Shown here: positions 10,055-20,104 of the stretch, piece after piece
Numbering within the stretch: position 1 is the first letter of the stretch
Layout of the letters: each line of letters begins with the position of its first letter
Virus record (IMG/VR): IMGVR_UViG_2821929668_000003
Span: 1 to 64,000 of that record
Length of the DNA stretch: 64,000 nt
Reading direction: 5' to 3' (one strand)
From: an uncultured virus (IMG/VR IMGVR_UViG_2821929668_000003)
Lineage: Duplodnaviria; Heunggongvirae; Uroviricota; Caudoviricetes
The notes under the pieces: generated by a model
What the model was told of the DNA's origin: nothing
Database searches by the model: none
What the model saw: only the letters and a program-made list of their open reading frames with translations
Translations under genes and position numbers: made by a program

Positions 10055-11320
10055 GTGTATGACTATTCAATATTGCCAAACCGAATTGTTTTATGTGTAG
10101 ATCTTCGTAGCTTTTATGCTTCAGTCAGTTGTATCAAGATGGGATTAGACCCGCTTCATACAAAATTAGCTGTAGTTGGTGATGTGAATAGGAGTGGTTC
10201 TATTGTTTTGGCTGCAACGCCACCATTAAAAGCGTTAGGTGTTAAGAAAATGGCACGGTTGTATGAAATACCTCGTCGTAAAGATGTTCTCGTGGTGAAT
10301 CCAATTATGAGTACTTACATAAAATGCTCCAATTTCATCACGAAACTAGCTCTACAATATGTTCCTGTTGAGGATTTCCACCAATATTCCATTGATGAAT
10401 TCTTTATGGATATTACGGATAGTATTCATTTGTTTGCTAACGACCCATATGATTTCGCATTGAAATTTAAACGTGAAATATATGCGAAGACACGAATTGA
10501 ATGCACGATAGGAATTGGCCCTAATCCTTTAATGAGCAAAGTAGCGTTAGATGTGGAAGCGAAGAAAACGAAAGATTGCATAGCATACTGGAAGTACGAA
10601 GATGTACCCATAAAATTATGGCCAATACGACCACTTAATAAATTTTGGGGGATTTCAGGTAAAACAGAAGCGAAGTTAAACCGAAAGGGAATACATTCAA
10701 TCGGAGACTTAGCGCAGTACCCGCTTAAATACTTAAAACAAAGTTTTGGCGTTATTGGTGAAGAACTACACTTACATAGCAACGGCATTGATTTTAGCCG
10801 TATATCAGAAAAATACGTTCCAGCAACAACTTCTATTGGTAAAAGCCAAATACTAATGCGTGATTACACAATAGAGGAATTCCCAATTATTCTACTAGAG
10901 CATATCGAGGAAGTTTGTTATCGAATGCGAAGACAAAACAAACTAGCTCAAACTATTCATTTTTCCATTGGTTACAGCAAAAATTATTCTGGTGGTTTCA
11001 AAAAAACTCACACTATGAACCGGCCAACCAATTTAACAATGGATATTTATAAGATTTGTACATATTTTTTACACGAGTTTTATACTGGAGAACCCATTAG
11101 AACTATCAATGTTTCTTTAACTAACTTAATAAATGAAGGCGAAGAACAAATCTCACTATTTGATAATGTAATACAACGAGAAAAAGAAATGAAACTAACT
11201 AAAGTAATGGATGAAATACGCACTAAATTTGGTAAGAACAGCATATTACGAGGGATTTCGTATACAAATAGTGCAACAGCAAGATACAGAAACACATTGC
11301 TAGGGGGACATAAAGCATGA
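10055..11320 (+). CDS. uvrX: Y-family translesion DNA polymerase (UvrX/UmuC-like)
   Basis: VDLRSFYASV, YSIDEFF motifs; paired with yolD. Confidence 0.9.
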   Translation: MYDYSILPNRIVLCVDLRSFYASVSCIKMGLDPLHTKLAVVGDVNRSGSIVLAATPPLKALGVKKMARLYEIPRRKDVLVVNPIMSTYIKCSNFITKLALQYVPVEDFHQYSIDEFFMDITDSIHLFANDPYDFALKFKREIYAKTRIECTIGIGPNPLMSKVALDVEAKKTKDCIAYWKYEDVPIKLWPIRPLNKFWGISGKTEAKLNRKGIHSIGDLAQYPLKYLKQSFGVIGEELHLHSNGIDFSRISEKYVPATTSIGKSQILMRDYTIEEFPIILLEHIEEVCYRMRRQNKLAQTIHFSIGYSKNYSGGFKKTHTMNRPTNLTMDIYKICTYFLHEFYTGEPIRTINVSLTNLINEGEEQISLFDNVIQREKEMKLTKVMDEIRTKFGKNSILRGISYTNSATARYRNTLLGGHKA

Positions 11321-11658
11321 ACAACGCTAATATGCCAAAAGGAAGAGGAATGGTTAAATGGACTCCGTTCGCTGCGATGCCGGAGCAATTCGCTGGTATC
11401 CGTAAGATTGTTAAAGAAAAGACGAAAGTAGAACGCCCGACATTAACCCAAGATGAACAAGAACTGATTGAGAACATGCTATTATGTTCGTTGCTTTCTG
11501 AAGAAGAAATAATGATTACATATTACGAAGGTGGTTTTTTACTTACTAACTATATGACCGTTGTTGATATTGATCCGCTGAATAAATCTATAATTTGTAC
11601 GGATGCATTTTACAATAATATGACGTTGAAATTTATTGATATTATTGATGCAAAATAA
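11317..11658 (+). CDS. yolD: YolD-like protein
   Basis: RGMVKWTPFAAMPEQ motif, overlaps uvrX stop. Confidence 0.85.
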   Translation: MNNANMPKGRGMVKWTPFAAMPEQFAGIRKIVKEKTKVERPTLTQDEQELIENMLLCSLLSEEEIMITYYEGGFLLTNYMTVVDIDPLNKSIICTDAFYNNMTLKFIDIIDAK

Positions 11659-11860
11659 AAAAAGGCCGCCCAACAGGACGGCTCTTATTTTTGTTAATCA
11701 AACTATTCTTTTCTAAGAAATCACTTCCTATATATAGAAATCCATTTTTTGTAAAATTAACAAATTATTCCTAAAAGAATATCAAAAACCCCAATACATC
11801 CATTTACTTTTAAAACCAAATATATTAATATAACATTTGTCATAAACACATAGGGAAGGA

Positions 11861-12364
11861 ATGGATACGATGTTACAAAAAATTAAAAGAATTATGGTTG
11901 TTGCTGCTGCAGCTGTTACGTTATCAGTAGGCTTCGCAACATTTGCTCCAAAAGAAGCATCTGCACATTGGGCAGACAACCAAATGAGTTGGGCTATGGG
12001 TAGAGGTTATATCACTTCTGATATGCGCGATAGTCTAGCGACTCGACAAGATACGTGGTTAATAATTACTCGTGCTAAAAAGCGCGCAGGTGATGCATAC
12101 ACTTATGATTATGCACAACGTTATGTGAAAAACATGCAGATCTCAGATGGTACGCGCGGAACTAACTGGATTACTCGTGATGAATGTGCTGCCATGATGC
12201 TGCAAGCAACTGGAATTTCAAGTTTATATCGTAACGGATTTTCATATGTACAAAAATACGGTAAGCAGTATGGTATATACGATGGAAGTCGTGGCAGTGA
12301 TTTCGCGACAAGAGCCGAAGTTATAAGCATGCTTCATAATGCGTATTACAAAATGGGACTTTAA
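11861..12364 (+). CDS. Secreted SLH-like cell-wall protein (lysogenic conversion)
   Basis: Signal peptide ending ASA; HWA, ATRQD, ITRDE, ATRAE repeats. Confidence 0.7.
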   Translation: MDTMLQKIKRIMVVAAAAVTLSVGFATFAPKEASAHWADNQMSWAMGRGYITSDMRDSLATRQDTWLIITRAKKRAGDAYTYDYAQRYVKNMQISDGTRGTNWITRDECAAMMLQATGISSLYRNGFSYVQKYGKQYGIYDGSRGSDFATRAEVISMLHNAYYKMGL

Positions 12365-12440
12365 TATTTTTTGTTATAATTAAGTAAAAAATATTATAAG
12401 AAAAAGGGACCTAAGTATTACAAATGGTCCCTTCTTTTTT

Positions 12441-13505
12441 TCACTTCACATATACATATTCTCCACTAGCGGTAATATAAAAAGTTAATCCTTTTGAATT
12501 ATGAACTTTATATTGTGGTGATCCATTTACACTTACCTTCGCATCAATCATAAATCCTAATCCTGCATCTACAGAACCAGAAACATCTTTATCTTGCCAA
12601 GATGGAGCACCATAAAAACGTAGATTGTTAACTTTAGATACAACGCGTTTCCCTACAATAGAAAAATCCACTGTACTTTTCTTACTAAACTTTACATAAG
12701 ATGGATCGTTCTTAATCCACTGATCTCCACCAAGATTTAACCAACCATCCTTTTCAGCCCACACAATATAAGATTCTGTTTTATTTAACTGGCGTATTTT
12801 AGAATAGCTTGTACCTGGTCCTTTACGTAAGTTAACGTTGTAACCTTCAATATAGGCGATACCGTCTGTTACTGCTGTTGGTACTTCTGCTGGTTTAGAT
12901 GGCCTTTCAGGTACAAAAACATCCACATTAGAATTATTATATGCTCGTTGTACATCTGCTCTAAATTGAGCTTCTGAAACGCCATGAGACTTTAAGTAAT
13001 CAATTGGATCTTCATGGTCTGTACCGCCAAGGTGATGCGTTACATCGCTATGTGTCCACAATCCTTTTTCTACAGATATCTTGTTATCTTTTAAAATTTC
13101 CGCTAAAAGTTTTACGTATTTTTCATATGAACGTTTGAATTTTGCATAGTCTGCTGTTTCACATAATTCAACGTGGACAAAGCGCTTATTCGCAGCAGGT
13201 CCACCGCCATAAGCAATGTACTTTGTATCCGCGATTTGGATTGTTTCATTCCAATCGACTGCATAGTGTACGAATGCTGAACGCCATGTACGAGACTCAT
13301 ACTTTTGGATATTAATAGCTGGAGCTTCTGGAGTTGCTGTAGAATGTGCTACAACACCCTCATATGCACCCACGCCATAACGGTATGGTTGTTTAGGTAA
13401 ATCTGGAATGATAAGCGTTCTATCAGCAAAAGCGCTTGTTGCAATAGATAAAACTAAAATAACCGCAAAGACTACAGAAAAAATATGTTTTAAAGTCTTT
13501 TTCAT
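12441..13505 (-). CDS. Endolysin, N-acetylmuramoyl-L-alanine amidase (Amidase_2) with SH3-like domains and signal peptide
   Basis: VAHSTA, FVHY, VELCE, DHEDP; VNLRKGPG SH3; next to holin. Confidence 0.9.
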   Translation of the reverse strand: MKKTLKHIFSVVFAVILVLSIATSAFADRTLIIPDLPKQPYRYGVGAYEGVVAHSTATPEAPAINIQKYESRTWRSAFVHYAVDWNETIQIADTKYIAYGGGPAANKRFVHVELCETADYAKFKRSYEKYVKLLAEILKDNKISVEKGLWTHSDVTHHLGGTDHEDPIDYLKSHGVSEAQFRADVQRAYNNSNVDVFVPERPSKPAEVPTAVTDGIAYIEGYNVNLRKGPGTSYSKIRQLNKTESYIVWAEKDGWLNLGGDQWIKNDPSYVKFSKKSTVDFSIVGKRVVSKVNNLRFYGAPSWQDKDVSGSVDAGLGFMIDAKVSVNGSPQYKVHNSKGLTFYITASGEYVYVK

Positions 13506-13741
13506 TTTTCATCAACATCCTTTTTCATAATTTTTGTGTGATCAAATAATCCGCTTGCTGACAGTCCAATGATGATTCCTTGAAATACATTTGTTTTTAT
13601 ATCTCCGCCCAAAAATAAAACGCCTAGCACAATGCCAAGCGTTACATTCAATAGCGGAACATATTTTGTTTGTAATCCAATTGTTTTTCCAATTTGCGAA
13701 AGACCTACTACAATGCCAATCATTACAGCTAAACTAACCAT
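13502..13741 (-). CDS. Holin
   Basis: Small 3-TM protein, GLSASGLFD, overlaps endolysin start. Confidence 0.85.
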   Translation of the reverse strand: MVSLAVMIGIVVGLSQIGKTIGLQTKYVPLLNVTLGIVLGVLFLGGDIKTNVFQGIIIGLSASGLFDHTKIMKKDVDEK

Positions 13742-13986
13742 TACATACCACCTCCCTTCAAAAAGAAAGTGAGAGCTGCTCCTACAATTCCACCGACAAT
13801 AAGTCGTAAAATCCAGGTAGTATTTGCGCTAATTTTATCTAACTGTTTGTTGATATTGATAATGTCTTTTTCGTTACCTGTTGTTCGTATTTCTAAGCTT
13901 TTAACTTCTAATCTTATTTCTTTAATTTCTTGCTTTATTTCTTGAACATCACTTCTTACTTCTTGTAACCCCTCCACTTTGACCAC
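13741..13986 (-). CDS. XhlA-like lysis protein
   Basis: Coiled coil plus C-terminal TM (NTTWILRLIVG) in lysis cassette. Confidence 0.8.
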   Translation of the reverse strand: MVKVEGLQEVRSDVQEIKQEIKEIRLEVKSLEIRTTGNEKDIININKQLDKISANTTWILRLIVGGIVGAALTFFLKGGGM

Positions 13987-14097
13987 CTCATTTCAAAATA
14001 AAAAGAGCAGCGAAATCGCTCCTCTTTGCTATAAAATCCGTATTTTATTCAAATTAAAAACAGCTCATGGCTGCCCTATTTATTTACATGTATTTAG

Positions 14098-14502
14098 TTA
14101 ATATTGATCCGCTGATAATGCTTTTTCTACCATTCTATTTTCTACTTCTTCCACATGTTCAATTGTTACTTCATCAGAAGCCACCGGACTCTTTCCAGTT
14201 AACTTTAAATAATCGTCTGCACAGATAACACTTACTTTACCGAAAAGCTCAATCTCATAAACTCTACCACCCTTATTACATAAGTCACATGCAGTAGCAA
14301 TCCGCATACTCAACGTGCCATCAGGAAGCCCCCAAACTTCAACTTTTGTATCTTCCTTGATACCGCAAAATTCTAGCATATCGTTTGGAATGCTAACGGT
14401 GACTTGATTTTCACCTTTCTTCAAATCAACTACTCTACCTAAGAATGGTGACCGTTCATTAGGTGGCATTGGACGCATAAATTTGTCTGGATTCATACTC
14501 AT
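14098..14502 (-). CDS. AbrB/SpoVT-like protein with CxxC zinc motif
   Basis: QVTVSIPNDML, CDLC..C. Confidence 0.6.
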   Translation of the reverse strand: MSMNPDKFMRPMPPNERSPFLGRVVDLKKGENQVTVSIPNDMLEFCGIKEDTKVEVWGLPDGTLSMRIATACDLCNKGGRVYEIELFGKVSVICADDYLKLTGKSPVASDEVTIEHVEEVENRMVEKALSADQY

Positions 14503-14510
14503 CTCCCTCT

Positions 14511-17500
14511 CTATGTTCTAGAAGTCATATTTGTGAAATCAACATAATTCCATCTACCATCATGGAAATACCACCCTAAACCTAAGCTACCATTTGTATA
14601 ATGAATAGAACCTGCATTAGCACCAAAGTATCCACCACATACGTTAATCCCATTACATTCAATTGATTGTGTCGTTGCAACAGGATCTTTTGATTCAATC
14701 CGAAATCTATTTTCATTGTTGTAAATGTGACCGATGTAACTTCTACGTTCTCCACCGCCACGGGGATAAAAACTGAGTCCTGCACGATCGCTTCCAACGA
14801 GTGCCATCATTTCGCCATTGCTTATGATTTCAAGCGGCGCATTCATATAGTTCCATTTGTTCACATGATTGTGATAAATAACATTATCTTTTGTACCAAG
14901 TGCAATTGTAGAAAAAGGCAGTGTTCCGTTTACGAGTTGTCCATGTGTTGTATCCCAGTTGTAAACGGAAGGAACGTCACCTTCCACCAACTGAACACCT
15001 GATACAGCAATTGCTTGCATATTATTTAAGAGCCCCTCGCCAAATAAATCAATATACACATAACCATTTCCTTCTACATAGTTACTCGGCACAGTGAAGG
15101 TTAAAGCGTATCTTACTATTTTCCCAGTTTGAATGCTTGGTGCATCGTAAGTTTTTGATGCTCGTCCAAGCTCCACGGGAGTGTCACCGTTATATTTACC
15201 GAATACCGCTCTCATGATTGGCTTGTTTGTAATGTTTACACGATTATCATTGGTAGTTGCTCTGAAATGAGCCGACAATGTGTATTTCTTACCTGGTTTT
15301 ACACCATCAAATAATGTAAAACGAATCCAGTTTCCTAAATCTATCCGCAACGGATTAACCATTGGCTCATAATTATTAACCACTGGTTTCTCAATATATG
15401 GATTAGACATAATTGTCCATGTAGGACTGTATTCGATCTTCAAAAAATAATTATTAAAATTCTTAAAAGAAATGTGTGAAAAGTCATGATCTGGAATGAG
15501 ATTCTTCCTTGGTGTTACTGAAAATTTCTGCCCACGCTCATCTTCAAAAAAGAAGTCAGCCATTTTTGCTGTAATACCATTTTTATCAATCGTAACTTTC
15601 CCATTTTCGATTTTAATTACATCTGCATTAATGCCTGTAGCGATGAGCCATTTTACAATGGTATCAGCGTTAATCTGCAACTTAGCAACATTAATTTGAA
15701 TCTTTTCAGCTGTTTGGTTAATAGCTGAGATAATATCGCCTTTTTGGACGGTACTAGTAATCGCTTTTTCAGCTACCTCAATACGTCCCTCTTGTTTTTC
15801 TACATACGCTTTATCCGCATATCTTCCGTCAGCCTGTTGTTTCGTATATACTTCGTTTTTTACTGCAGCAAGTTTAATTCCCTCCGTATTGGCGGAAATA
15901 AGGCGCTCTAATTCAGTTGTTTTCTGGTTGTAATCTAGTGTAGCTACTTTATTGGAAATATCTTCAATCATTTTATCAGCATCCGTTTGATCTTTCGGAT
16001 GCAACCAAAATTCTGTAGCTACTTTACCTCGCTGTAACATCGGAAGAGCAGCTCGTATACGTCCGTTTCTTTGAACATAATAACGCCATCTAACCCACTC
16101 TTCATTAGCTGCAACCTTTGAAACCATCATCATTCTTGCCCAATCGCCTTGTTTAGCCCATTGGATTTCTACACGCTGTGTTCTCATTCTAGTTCCTTTT
16201 GTAGCATTCCAGAACTCAATTTCCATCCATGCTTTTTGATCCAATGAAGCTATATTGTCAGTAGCAAACCAACCTGAAGAAATAAGATCCTCACCATTTG
16301 TAACTGATATAAATTCAGAAGCGGTACCAGACCAGTGATCACTAGTCTTTCCTGAGTAATCACTCCAGAAAGTTGCGTATCCTTTGTATTTTGAGTTTGG
16401 CTGAATGACAGTACCCTGGTTAATTGACCAATACTTGTTACCTAATTCAAGACCTGCGTTTCTAATTTCGTTGATAGAACCAATACCGCCTACATAGTTC
16501 TCAACATCTTTCTTTTTCATTGTTAGACTCAGTGCTTCAGAATGTTGTTCTAATTTTGTAGTAGCTTGAGTTAATGTTTTCCCTTGTTGTACTTGGGTCT
16601 CTTGTAATTTCGAAACACTTTGAGTGATTCCGTTCGCTGTCTTCTCTACTCCCGTAACACGTTTATCAAATCCGCTTTGATTATTTTCAACTTTTGTTAC
16701 TGTTTCTTTGATTCCATTCACACTTTTTTCAATCTCGGTAGTTTTATTAGTTAGGATATTTGCTTGCGTTTCTACACTTGTTAACTTCTCGCTAATTTTC
16801 CCAGCTTGCTCTTTAATTTCAGTTGTTGTTTTCTTCAGATCATTTGCAGTTTGCTGCACATCAGATATTGTCTTTTTTGTGCCTTCCACATTCGATTCAA
16901 CTGTATTTAATTTACTGTTGATATCACTATCTTTTTTAGTTAACGATTCAATAGATAATTTAAATCCGTTAGAATCCTGCTCAAACTTCGTTATCTTCTT
17001 ATCAATCTCACCCTGTTTATTTTGCACATCAGAAATCTTACGACTAACACCTTGTAAGCTTTCCTTCACTTCATTGACTTGTCCCGTGGCTTGAGTTTGC
17101 GCTTCCTGCACCTTTTGGTTTAGCTCTTGTTTTGTGGATTCAATATTTTTATCGACTTGCTCAAGTGTTTCTTTCTTAACGGATTCCACATCAGGAACAA
17201 CAGGATCCCATTTACCATCCTTCCACAATTTCAGAATACCAGGCTTACCTTTGCTAATATCTTGCCACAACGTTTTTCTATCCTTTAAGTTTTCTGTTGG
17301 TGGATTTAAACCTTCGATAATATCAACGGTATTGTTCTTCAAGTTTTCAGCCACTTGTTCAGCAATTTTCTTTGCTGCTTCCGATTCTTTTCGAATGACT
17401 TCTGTTTCTTTTACGTTTTCTTGAAGCTTTTTATCTAACATATCTAGTAATTCTTTAGATGCTTTATTTGATAGGCTACCCATGATTTGCGCGTATAACC

Positions 17501-18614
17501 TATCGATAAGGCTTCGTGTATCTTTAATTTCACGATAATTACCAAAGATATATTTATCTTTCGATGGATCAGTGTCACATTCATCTGCTGCTATTAACCT
17601 AGCTTCTAAGAAAAGTGGTGGACTAAATTCTGTGTCTTTTATTCGTACCGTATCTCCTTTACGAACCGCTTCATGAGATAAACCAAACACTTTTTCAAGT
17701 GCTACAGCATCCACTTCATATAGAGTAGAACTATCAATTCGTTTCTTTAATTCTGCTTCGGTTAATTGTTTGAGTCGTTGCTTCGTCATATCTTGATCTT
17801 CTGTTTGCGGTGAATAAATATCAAATAAATGCTTACCATCTTTCGACCAGCGTTGTAACGCATCGTTGTTACTTACGTACAACTTTCCACCGTTGATATC
17901 TTCAAAAGTCAGAAACTCTTCTTTCCCAGTATCAGGATTTTCTTTAGATGGCCCAACACCTACAAGAGCAGTTACTATATTTTGGCTGTTCTCAATACGA
18001 CGAATGCCTTGTATATCTTTTCCTAGCACGAATTCTTTCCCATTGTCCCGACCAACTTTTTTTATTAAATCTACATACCGACCGACAATAAAAGAACCCC
18101 GTATTTCTATTCTGAAACGAATCTCAAGTCCAAAAGTAGATGCGATTTGTTTTAAGAAATCAAGCGGATTTGTGAAATCCTTAATAGGAATGGTACGTAC
18201 ACCACTGTACTCCGTAATCCCACGTTTCCAATCTGTACCTTGTAAAGCAAAGTCCATAGATTCGTTGACTGTAGTAGCTTGTAACGTTTGTGGTTTAATT
18301 ACCGCTGCTTTCTTTAGCTTTGTATGTTCCCCGAGTGCGTGAATTTTTTTAGAACGATCTGCTGTATCTTGCTCTGCTTCTGTAATAACATACGAAACAA
18401 AAGTGCCATCTCTGGTTTGTTTTACTATAATATTTTGCTGTACAAGAGACGCCGATATTTTTGTTCCGTCCATTGTATTGAACTCTAATTGGTCTATATT
18501 ATTTTTAAGCTCCCACTGGCGGATATCGTTCCAATAATTTTTTTCTTGTATAACACCAATGATTTTCTCTGTTTTAAAGTCTACAATGTGTAATAGATTA
18601 TTTGTTTTATTCAT
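14511..18614 (-). CDS. Tail spike/endopeptidase (Tal) with coiled coil and carbohydrate-binding-like domains
   Basis: Position after Dit, prophage tail N-terminus, heptad region, KNLIP..VQLVEG modules. Confidence 0.85.
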   Translation of the reverse strand: MNKTNNLLHIVDFKTEKIIGVIQEKNYWNDIRQWELKNNIDQLEFNTMDGTKISASLVQQNIIVKQTRDGTFVSYVITEAEQDTADRSKKIHALGEHTKLKKAAVIKPQTLQATTVNESMDFALQGTDWKRGITEYSGVRTIPIKDFTNPLDFLKQIASTFGLEIRFRIEIRGSFIVGRYVDLIKKVGRDNGKEFVLGKDIQGIRRIENSQNIVTALVGVGPSKENPDTGKEEFLTFEDINGGKLYVSNNDALQRWSKDGKHLFDIYSPQTEDQDMTKQRLKQLTEAELKKRIDSSTLYEVDAVALEKVFGLSHEAVRKGDTVRIKDTEFSPPLFLEARLIAADECDTDPSKDKYIFGNYREIKDTRSLIDRLYAQIMGSLSNKASKELLDMLDKKLQENVKETEVIRKESEAAKKIAEQVAENLKNNTVDIIEGLNPPTENLKDRKTLWQDISKGKPGILKLWKDGKWDPVVPDVESVKKETLEQVDKNIESTKQELNQKVQEAQTQATGQVNEVKESLQGVSRKISDVQNKQGEIDKKITKFEQDSNGFKLSIESLTKKDSDINSKLNTVESNVEGTKKTISDVQQTANDLKKTTTEIKEQAGKISEKLTSVETQANILTNKTTEIEKSVNGIKETVTKVENNQSGFDKRVTGVEKTANGITQSVSKLQETQVQQGKTLTQATTKLEQHSEALSLTMKKKDVENYVGGIGSINEIRNAGLELGNKYWSINQGTVIQPNSKYKGYATFWSDYSGKTSDHWSGTASEFISVTNGEDLISSGWFATDNIASLDQKAWMEIEFWNATKGTRMRTQRVEIQWAKQGDWARMMMVSKVAANEEWVRWRYYVQRNGRIRAALPMLQRGKVATEFWLHPKDQTDADKMIEDISNKVATLDYNQKTTELERLISANTEGIKLAAVKNEVYTKQQADGRYADKAYVEKQEGRIEVAEKAITSTVQKGDIISAINQTAEKIQINVAKLQINADTIVKWLIATGINADVIKIENGKVTIDKNGITAKMADFFFEDERGQKFSVTPRKNLIPDHDFSHISFKNFNNYFLKIEYSPTWTIMSNPYIEKPVVNNYEPMVNPLRIDLGNWIRFTLFDGVKPGKKYTLSAHFRATTNDNRVNITNKPIMRAVFGKYNGDTPVELGRASKTYDAPSIQTGKIVRYALTFTVPSNYVEGNGYVYIDLFGEGLLNNMQAIAVSGVQLVEGDVPSVYNWDTTHGQLVNGTLPFSTIALGTKDNVIYHNHVNKWNYMNAPLEIISNGEMMALVGSDRAGLSFYPRGGGERRSYIGHIYNNENRFRIESKDPVATTQSIECNGINVCGGYFGANAGSIHYTNGSLGLGWYFHDGRWNYVDFTNMTSRT

Positions 18615-20089
18615 CGATAGCGCTCCCTATACGTGACATCCACTTGACCTATGTTATTTGGAAAAACAGTTACATCGTTCTTCCCTTTTTCAATACGTAT
18701 ATAGTCACTCAGAAAGTCTTTTATATTAATTGCATCCGCGCCGTTAATACGAATACTGGCATCCGATGAATCAATTTCTACAACGTCTCCTTTTTGAACA
18801 ATGTAGGGGATTTGACGTTCTGTATTGCTATTTACTCTTTGCACTTTAATATCGTGCACAGTTGCAGTCAGCGGAAACGCATCGTTAAATGCACATATAT
18901 GCACAACAATCTGCGCAACCTTTTTCATAAAGCTATTGCCCGTATCGTACCATTGGGCAAATTTTTCCGTATGATAATTTCCTTTTTCATCGATTAAAGC
19001 AATATCACCTTGCCAATAGTTCCCTACCCGCGCAATGTGTAGACGACCATAAAAATCATTCCATGTTGTACGATAATAACCCGTTTCCGCTATAATCCTA
19101 TGATTGTAGTCACCGTTTCCTACTATGACTTCACCGAAATTCTCGCTAGAATTTCTATACGCATCAAACATACCTACTTTTCCGACTACAACGCTACTTT
19201 CGTCTAATAAATAAAGTTCTACACGTCCCATAGTTGCAGGATTTAAGTTCCGACATTCGACTATTGCATCAAGCGTGAAATCTTGTAATGGACCTCCAGT
19301 GATACTTTTTTTCACTGCGGGTCCGTGCCAATATTGACCTTGACCGTAATCTGATGGCATAAAACGTGCGCCGTCTGCGATCATTTTCCCTGCTACGATT
19401 CCGTAGTCTGAAACAAAGTCTTTTCCTACTTCCGTCCAGCCCACTAAAGAATTCGCTTTATCATGCATAACCAATTCATACCGACTTATTGGTGTTTCAT
19501 CTACCTTAACTGGATATCCAATACGGAAATGCTGATTTCCATTTTCATTTACAATATCGATAAATGTAGAAGAGTTCTCTACTTGTATCTTAAATTTTGG
19601 ATCAGCAAACTTTGATCCTACATTAGTCACTACGGCTTTAAGTAAATTATTACTTTCTATTTTCGCTTTTACAGATTGTTGTGCACCTAATTTAAATGCT
19701 GACGTACAAATAAAAGTTATCTTGCATTGGTAAATTCTATCTGTTTCCAATAGTTCCTCCACAGACTCTTTCATACCGTAATACGTCATTTCGGGCTCAT
19801 CTGCAAATACAATTGGTACCTCTTCTTCTGTATCTAATATAGAATTCAATTCGTTTAGGCGTTTTCTTAAATCAAAAGAAGAGGCCCCTTTAAGTGTAAC
19901 TTCTACTTCAAGGGGCACCTCTGGGTTTCTCTTTTTCACATAGCGGGATCCAGGCCGATTCTGGGTAGTAATCCTGCTTATTTCATCACTCATCACACCG
20001 CGACCTTTTGGTATTCCTACCAAAAGATAACCGTCATTATCTTTATTTGTAAACTGATTTTCTAAATCGATACCATTAAAAATAAGCAG
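18611..20089 (-). CDS. Distal tail protein (Dit); probable CTG start at 20089
   Basis: Between TMP and Tal; frame open to CTG preceded by GGAGGGAG RBS. Confidence 0.8.
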   Translation of the reverse strand: MLIFNGIDLENQFTNKDNDGYLLVGIPKGRGVMSDEISRITTQNRPGSRYVKKRNPEVPLEVEVTLKGASSFDLRKRLNELNSILDTEEEVPIVFADEPEMTYYGMKESVEELLETDRIYQCKITFICTSAFKLGAQQSVKAKIESNNLLKAVVTNVGSKFADPKFKIQVENSSTFIDIVNENGNQHFRIGYPVKVDETPISRYELVMHDKANSLVGWTEVGKDFVSDYGIVAGKMIADGARFMPSDYGQGQYWHGPAVKKSITGGPLQDFTLDAIVECRNLNPATMGRVELYLLDESSVVVGKVGMFDAYRNSSENFGEVIVGNGDYNHRIIAETGYYRTTWNDFYGRLHIARVGNYWQGDIALIDEKGNYHTEKFAQWYDTGNSFMKKVAQIVVHICAFNDAFPLTATVHDIKVQRVNSNTERQIPYIVQKGDVVEIDSSDASIRINGADAINIKDFLSDYIRIEKGKNDVTVFPNNIGQVDVTYRERYR

Positions 20090-20104
20090 TTTACTCCCTC
20101 CTTC

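Noticed and set aside
14511..18614. Diversity-generating retroelement target for the RT
   Set aside because: No TR/VR pair or avd gene seen; RT motifs are Abi/UG-like
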